Shown: positions 59,178 to 64,000 of the stretch, piece after piece
Position numbering within the stretch: position 1 is the stretch's first letter
Layout of the letters: every line of letters begins with the position of its first letter
From: Candidatus Woesebacteria bacterium
Lineage (GTDB): Bacteria; Patescibacteriota; Microgenomatia; UBA1400; MFAQ01
Length of the DNA stretch: 64,000 nt
Assembly (NCBI GenBank): GCA_035389185.1
Contig: DAOORK010000001.1
Coordinates: 331,825-395,824 of the forward strand
Direction of reading: 5' to 3'
The notes under the pieces: generated by a model
What the model was told of the DNA's origin: nothing
Seen by the model: only the letters and a program-made list of their open reading frames with translations
Database searches by the model: none
Program-made: the position numbers and the translations under genes

Positions 59178-59651
59178 TTAGTTTACCTTTTTGATGGAAT
59201 AGGTTATGGTTCCAGATGGAGCATCAACCAGCACTTCCTCACCTACCTTTTTGCCCATAAGAGCTTTTCCCAAAGGAGATTCGTGGCTGATTTTTTTAGC
59301 CGCCGGATCTGCTTCCCATTCACCTACGATAGTGAATTCATGGAGAGAACCATTGACTTCGATATGAACAATACTTCCAAGACCAACAGATCCCTCACTC
59401 TTTTTGGCAGTGTCGACAACAACTGCCCGAGCAATAATATCTTTAAGCTCTTCAATTCGACCTTCGAGTTCTGAAAGATCATCCTTGGCAGAGTGATACT
59501 CGGCATTTTCTGAAAGATCGCCAAAATCACGCGCCTTTGCAAGGCGTTCAATAGCCTCAGGGCGTTTTGTTTTTTCGAGTTGTTCGAGCTCATCAGCCAG
59601 TTGACGATAGCCAAGAGGTGTCATTTGAACTCTTTGATTTAGTCGATTCAT
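59178..59651 (-). CDS. greA: Transcription elongation factor GreA
   Basis: 157 aa with an N-terminal coiled-coil (acidic tip region) and a C-terminal FKBP-like domain. Confidence 0.85.
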   Translation of the reverse strand: MNRLNQRVQMTPLGYRQLADELEQLEKTKRPEAIERLAKARDFGDLSENAEYHSAKDDLSELEGRIEELKDIIARAVVVDTAKKSEGSVGLGSIVHIEVNGSLHEFTIVGEWEADPAAKKISHESPLGKALMGKKVGEEVLVDAPSGTITYSIKKVN

Positions 59652-59805
59652 AATTCTTGTTTATTTACAAAATATAAATATAAGGCCTGATTTCCCTGTG
59701 TCAAGTAAGAGATTGGCCACAATTTGGCCACAAAAGAAGGAGTTTTGACTGGGGAGTATTAATTAAGGAAAATCAAAGCGATAACGTGTAATATTTTACG
59801 TTTTT

Positions 59806-59839
59806 TGAGCATAGAAGTCAAATCTGGTAAAATATGGAG
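59806..59839 (+). promoter_or_regulatory. Sigma-70-like promoter for tRNA-Glu (TTGAGC, 17 nt, TAAAAT)
   Basis: ttgagc-atagaagtcaaatctgg-taaaat reads directly in the sequence. The 3' end of the -10 lies ~12 nt upstream of the tRNA 5' end. Confidence 0.55.
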
Positions 59840-59850
59840 GTTTGTTAGAA

Positions 59851-59924
59851 GGTCCCGTCGTCTAGTGGTCTAGGACATTTGGTTCTCATCCAAAAGATCG
59901 TGGGTTCGATTCCCACCGGGATCA
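59851..59924 (+). tRNA. tRNA-Glu (anticodon CUC)
   Basis: Hand-folded cloverleaf: acceptor GGTCCCG/CGGGATC, D-arm TCGTCTAGTGGTCTAGGACA (tRNA-Glu-like), anticodon stem TTTGG/CCAAA with loop TTCTCAT (CTC), T-arm GTGGG-TTCGATT-CCCAC, discriminator A. CCA is not encoded. Confidence 0.85.
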
Positions 59925-59927
59925 CAA

Positions 59928-60677
59928 CTAGAGGAAACTCAAACTTAAGGCCATAATAAGCATTCCAATGATGATTCCGAAGATTGCCGTGTGTCCTTCA
60001 CTGTGTTTGAAACAAGTAGGTAGAAGTTCGTCAAAGCTAATGTAAACCATGACTCCGGCGACAAAGGCAAAAATGTAAGAAAGAAAAGTTGAATTAAAAT
60101 ATTGTTGGAAGATTAGATATGCAAAGAAGGCTCCTATTGGTTCTGCTATTCCTGCCAGAAACGAGTACCCAAAAGCTTTCCTTTTACTATTTGTGGCGAA
60201 GTATATTGGAGTTGCAACAGCCATACCTTCAGGAATGTTATGTAGGGCTGTTGCAAAAGCAATCAAGAAACCCAATCTTACACCCCCAAGAGAACTCATA
60301 AAAACGGTGATTCCTTCCGGAAAATTATGGATTGTTAGTCCAACAGCAACCATAAAACCTGTAATCATGAGTTTGTTACATTCTTTTCTCCTTTTTGAAT
60401 AATAGTTTATATAGTGATGAGGAATTATTTTGTCTACAAGCCCAATTAGCAAAATACCGATGAAAAAAGTGATGTTTGCTTGTCGGAAACTAATACTCTC
60501 AACCGCTAGAGGTAGTAGTTCCATAAAAGAGAGATAGACCATGGTGCCGGCCGACATCCCAAGAAAGAAGCTGAGATAGCTTTTTTTAAAATCTTTTAAA
60601 AAGAAAACTACAAATGCTCCCAGCACTGTGGAAATACCAGCAAGAAAAGTAAGAAGAAGCGGTAGTCTAATGTCCAT
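59928..60677 (-). CDS. zupT: ZIP family metal (zinc) transporter
   Basis: 249 aa with 8 TM helices and HNFPEGITVF / HNIPEGMAVA metal-binding motifs. Confidence 0.8.
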   Translation of the reverse strand: MDIRLPLLLTFLAGISTVLGAFVVFFLKDFKKSYLSFFLGMSAGTMVYLSFMELLPLAVESISFRQANITFFIGILLIGLVDKIIPHHYINYYSKRRKECNKLMITGFMVAVGLTIHNFPEGITVFMSSLGGVRLGFLIAFATALHNIPEGMAVATPIYFATNSKRKAFGYSFLAGIAEPIGAFFAYLIFQQYFNSTFLSYIFAFVAGVMVYISFDELLPTCFKHSEGHTAIFGIIIGMLIMALSLSFL

Positions 60678-60740
60678 AATTTGTAGTGGAAAATTCCTTT
60701 TCCATTGTATCAGCTAAACCCCTCTTGAGATTATTGCCGA

Positions 60741-61700
60741 CTACTGGCACATAATACTATCAATGACGTCACCTGTTGTTTCGTCTTCTATCCCGGAAAT
60801 GGGTGCGTAGTCCTCCATGGGTTTTGCAGGGTTCGGAGCAACATACTTAACTTCTTTGTTTAAATGAATTTTTGCATTAGTAAGTGAGATCATTTTTTGA
60901 CCCTTTAGCCAGTTATCAAAACCAGTCCAAGATAGATCTTTTGAACAAAGTACCTTCTCGTACTCTTGCCACCATTCAAGACGAGTACCTCCAAGATATG
61001 CATGAGAAACAATGATCATATTGTCAGGCTTTTTTGCGATACTTTGAGCAAGGATCTTGCCAAACTCCTTGGCATCCGCTCCTCTAGCCCAGAGACTGTA
61101 ATCACAAAGAGAGCCTCTTCCCATTGGCTCTCCAACATCAACATTGGTGACAGATATAACTTTTGTCTTGTATTCAAGTGGTTGGTAGACAACAGCTTCG
61201 ACATCTTGAGTGCCGCGACCGAGGATGTATTGAATACCTAAAGCGTCGGCTGCTTTTAATGTTGTTTCGTCATAGGCAAAATAACGACTGCCAAAGACTC
61301 TCATTTCTTTGCCCGTAATACTTTCTACTGTTTCTTTGGCTTCTTTTAAATATTTGTATTGGTCGTCGTAAGACATATCCCAGAATGGGGCTACATCATA
61401 ACCACCAGCAATCTCGTAACCTTTGTTTGCTAGGCGTTTGAATACTTCAGGATTCTCTTTGAGGACATTATCTTGAACTTTGACAAGGGCAGTAAGATTG
61501 CGTGAATCTAACTGTTTTTCCCACTGAAGAACCCCATCTATGCTTTCAAACTCAATGAGCATAAGCATAGTATTAATTGGTCGATTGATAATTTTCTTGT
61601 TGATTTTTGAATTGAAGAAAATAAGAGAAGCTATTAATGAAAAGAGTAATATGAGCAAAAGAATGGCACACTTTTTTAATAGGTAGGACTTCTTTTTCAT
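60741..61700 (-). CDS. Hypothetical membrane-anchored extracytoplasmic protein (possibly polysaccharide deacetylase-like)
   Basis: 319 aa with an N-terminal TM helix and an alpha/beta-like domain. No confident motif. Confidence 0.3.
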   Translation of the reverse strand: MKKKSYLLKKCAILLLILLFSLIASLIFFNSKINKKIINRPINTMLMLIEFESIDGVLQWEKQLDSRNLTALVKVQDNVLKENPEVFKRLANKGYEIAGGYDVAPFWDMSYDDQYKYLKEAKETVESITGKEMRVFGSRYFAYDETTLKAADALGIQYILGRGTQDVEAVVYQPLEYKTKVISVTNVDVGEPMGRGSLCDYSLWARGADAKEFGKILAQSIAKKPDNMIIVSHAYLGGTRLEWWQEYEKVLCSKDLSWTGFDNWLKGQKMISLTNAKIHLNKEVKYVAPNPAKPMEDYAPISGIEDETTGDVIDSIMCQ

Positions 61701-62857
61701 TTTTTTTGATAATTGTTAAAGATATATGAAGCAATAAACGTGGTTATAGGAACTGCCAAAACGAGACCAATGCTACCAACCATTGTCCTGACAACTTCGT
61801 CGGCAATTATTTCATAGTTTATTAATTCAGAAAAAGGTCTTGGGTTATCTACAAACAAAAGAAGTAATGGAAGTGCTGCTCCCGCATAAACCAGTATTAG
61901 AGTATTTACCATAGATGCGATATGGTCTTTACCAACAGACATGGCCTTTAAATATAGATCTTTGGATTTTAATTGTGAATTAGCGAGTTTTAGTTCTTGA
62001 ACAATGGCTGACTGTGAGATGGTAATGTCGTCGAGCACTCCAAGAACTCCAATAATTATGCCTGCCAGAAGAAGTCCTTTGATGTTTATGGTCCCTTCTT
62101 TGAAAACATTTAAAAACCCAGCTTCTTCAGATGCAAAACCCGTGAGTTTTGTCGCTTCTACAAAAAGAGAGGCGAGAATCCCGGTAACTACGAGAGAGAT
62201 TAGAGTGCTGACGATGGCGATAAGAGTTTTTCTATTAAAGCCATGCGACAAGAAAAAAGTAACGGGAATTATGGCAAATGAACCAAGTATGGCAATTGTG
62301 ACTGGATCGCTTCCGCTATATATACTAGGAAGAATGAACTTAAGAATCACCAGAAAAGAAATAGCCATACCCAGAATTGAACTCAGACCTTTCCACTTTC
62401 CGATAATGACGGTAGTCACAACAAACAAAAGAAACAACATTAAAAGAGGAGTTCTGCGAACGTAATCGGTAATGAGATATGTTTCACTTCCAGTAGAATC
62501 TTTCGCATAGACAATGACTACTTCATCCCCAACCATATACAAAGTATTACTTCCCTGATATGCGTCGCCGCTTTCTATGTTTATTGTTTCCCCTTTTTGG
62601 GATCCTTTGGTAACTTGTATTTCTAGTTGCTGATATAACTGTTCTTTGGAGTTTCCTGAAGGAGAAATTCGTCTCTGGCCTGTAATTTTGATGATTTTCC
62701 CTTCAAGTGTTTCTTCTTGATAGTCAGTTACCGCTTTCTGTTCGCTAGTTATTAAAATTGCTTCGTCTGTTGCTGTCTTGGCATATACAATTGGGGTTGA
62801 AAATAATGAATATACGAATAGCGAAAAACAGACAAAAACTGTGGAAGTATTTTTCAT
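61697..62857 (-). CDS. YibE/F family membrane protein
   Basis: 386 aa with a signal peptide, a ~120-aa extracytoplasmic domain, then an 8-TM core (DPVTIAILGSFAIIPVTFFL...) typical of the YibE/F family. Confidence 0.65.
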   Translation of the reverse strand: MKNTSTVFVCFSLFVYSLFSTPIVYAKTATDEAILITSEQKAVTDYQEETLEGKIIKITGQRRISPSGNSKEQLYQQLEIQVTKGSQKGETINIESGDAYQGSNTLYMVGDEVVIVYAKDSTGSETYLITDYVRRTPLLMLFLLFVVTTVIIGKWKGLSSILGMAISFLVILKFILPSIYSGSDPVTIAILGSFAIIPVTFFLSHGFNRKTLIAIVSTLISLVVTGILASLFVEATKLTGFASEEAGFLNVFKEGTINIKGLLLAGIIIGVLGVLDDITISQSAIVQELKLANSQLKSKDLYLKAMSVGKDHIASMVNTLILVYAGAALPLLLLFVDNPRPFSELINYEIIADEVVRTMVGSIGLVLAVPITTFIASYIFNNYQKK

Positions 62858-62860
62858 AAA

Positions 62861-63139
62861 TTACTGTCTCTCAAGCCTAATTGCCTTTCCATTGATCAAA
62901 GCGTCGGCAATTTTCTGATTGGCACTATCTAATATTCTAGCGAAGGTTGGCTGAGAAATTTTCATTTTTTCGGCAGCTTCTGTTTGTGAGACATTATCTA
63001 CTTCATAAAGTTTAAGGGCTTCGAGCTCATCAGCTCCCAAACTAACCTCTTCAAGCAAACGAAGAGGAATGCCTTGAGGCTTGAAGTACGACACTTTCGG
63101 ACTAAACCGAACACATCGGGGAATTTTTCGTCTTGTCAT
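62861..63139 (-). CDS. DUF134 (UPF0251) sigma-70 region-4-like DNA-binding protein
   Basis: 92 aa. The N-terminus MTRRKIPRCVRFSPKVSYFKPQGIPL and the HTH LYEVDNVSQTEAAEKMKISQPTFARIL match DUF134. Confidence 0.7.
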   Translation of the reverse strand: MTRRKIPRCVRFSPKVSYFKPQGIPLRLLEEVSLGADELEALKLYEVDNVSQTEAAEKMKISQPTFARILDSANQKIADALINGKAIRLERQ

Positions 63140-63152
63140 ACTAATTTTGTTA

Positions 63153-63347
63153 CTATTTACTGTCGGAAACTAACTTCTTTGATTTTATTTGTTTTCCAAG
63201 ACCTAAACCTAACCCCTTACTCCATCTACATCCTCGTCCACGGCCTTGAACAATACCACTTCTATCTGCCTCAGGAACACACACACCACGACCTCTTCCC
63301 GTCTTTGATCCTTCTCCTCGAGGACCTGTTTTGTCTAAATTTGGCAT
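63153..63347 (-). CDS. DUF5320 family small Gly/Arg-rich protein
   Basis: 64 aa. MPNLDKTGPRGEGSKTGRGRGVC...GRGRG matches the M-P-x-x-D-x-T-G-P-x-G-x-G-x-x-T-G-R-G pattern of DUF5320, which is usually encoded next to DUF134. Confidence 0.55.
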   Translation of the reverse strand: MPNLDKTGPRGEGSKTGRGRGVCVPEADRSGIVQGRGRGCRWSKGLGLGLGKQIKSKKLVSDSK

Positions 63348-63533
63348 TTTTTTGATAATTATTAATGAATACTTATTCAGTATATCATAAATGTATTTTT
63401 TGTGCTCAATAAAAAACGTGGCTTATTTACTATCTCGTTAGTCCTAATTATCCTCAAAAATGATACTGTTATATCGATATGCGAATGTTAATCCCAGATG
63501 ACTGACAGATAAATATTGTTTGAAAAACCGCAT

Positions 63534-64000
63534 CTAACGAGCGCCGGTTTTGAAAGCCCGCTTTGTGAGTTGACTCATTTGGTAAAGATCATCAAGGGTG
63601 AGATCAATCTCATTATTAACTAAATACCAATCAATAGCTCCAAGAATGTCGGCAAGTTCGCAGAGAACTAATAATTTTTGCTTTTCAAAAACTGCATCTT
63701 GAAGTTCGTAGACTTCTTCAAATATTTTTAAAATTGAACCGATTTTTGTTTTGGGAATATCCAGATTTTTATGATAACCAGTTTTCTTTTCCAGACTGAT
63801 AACCTGAGAAAGCCTTGGTAGAGCACAACCGGTTGCGTAGATATATTTAATACTTTTATTATTTAAAGTGAACTCTCTGATTCCATATGAACCCAATTCG
63901 ATGTCGGTATTTTCGGAATAAATGTCGTATGAACCATTAGCTAGGGCAATTTCTTTGACGGGAATAAACTGAACAAAAAAGTCTTTGGCAATATTGATTA
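63534..64000 (-). CDS. Hypothetical protein (5' end outside the window)
   Basis: The listed 120-aa ORF starts at a TTG. The frame stays open upstream to the window edge, so the true start lies beyond 64000. No recognised domain. Confidence 0.4.
   Translation of the reverse strand, partial: INIAKDFFVQFIPVKEIALANGSYDIYSENTDIELGSYGIREFTLNNKSIKYIYATGCALPRLSQVISLEKKTGYHKNLDIPKTKIGSILKIFEEVYELQDAVFEKQKLLVLCELADILGAIDWYLVNNEIDLTLDDLYQMSQLTKRAFKTGAR

Noticed and set aside
59652-59850. Possible prophage attachment site or mobile element at the tRNA-Glu
   Set aside because: No integrase gene and no direct repeat of the tRNA 3' end were seen downstream. The flanking genes (greA, zupT) are ordinary chromosomal genes.

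Overview
The window appears to be low-GC bacterial chromosome, densely coded and mostly on the minus strand, with a Gram-positive-like envelope toolkit (sortase, an LPXTG protein, FtsEX with a coiled-coil hydrolase, VanZ, SurA-like). It could be a Firmicute-like organism or a CPR/Patescibacteria lineage; the sequence alone does not decide. Stop codon TGA and an intact RF2 are present, so the standard code (11) applies.

The first ~24.6 kb is an unusually large glycosylation island. It holds at least nine GT2/GT4 glycosyltransferases (three of them polyprenol-phosphate sugar synthase-like, one fused to GtrA), about eight polytopic GT-C-like membrane proteins (PMT/ArnT/YfhO-like with N-terminal DE motifs), a Wzx-like flippase and a SAM methyltransferase. 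Oligoribonuclease (orn) is embedded in the island. After a CDGSH protein and trmD comes a block of envelope and surface genes: a membrane nitroreductase, a SurA-like chaperone, the complete rfbABCD dTDP-rhamnose operon, a CAP-domain protein, a sortase, and surface proteins. One of these is an 865+ aa LPATG-anchored protein with thrombospondin-type-3-like Ca-binding repeats. Then follow tsaB/tsaE, VanZ, a Thr/Pro-rich anchored protein, a compositionally distinct plus-strand ORF with its own promoter and terminator, an ftsE-ftsX-coiled-coil Cys-peptidase (PcsB/CwlO-like) trio, prfB, a MacAB-like tripartite ABC exporter, nfo, a cyclophilin lipoprotein, a TPR protein, a DUF4258 toxin-like gene, an SDR with a long Pro-rich tail, secA, a PABS-fold methyltransferase, a DacA-like carboxypeptidase, serS, an HD hydrolase, greA, tRNA-Glu(CUC), zupT, and a YibE/F-DUF134-DUF5320 trio.

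Most notable are two homopolymeric G tracts at apparent frameshifts, one (G7) at the 3' end of a GT-C gene, the other (G6 versus G5) in a 97-bp tandem repeat splitting the LPXTG surface protein from its signal peptide. Three tandem donor-synthase/GT-C modules resemble GtrABC or CsbB/YfhO, and Thr/Pro-rich surface proteins are plausible glycan acceptors. No CRISPR arrays, rRNA genes, transposases or integrases were recognised.
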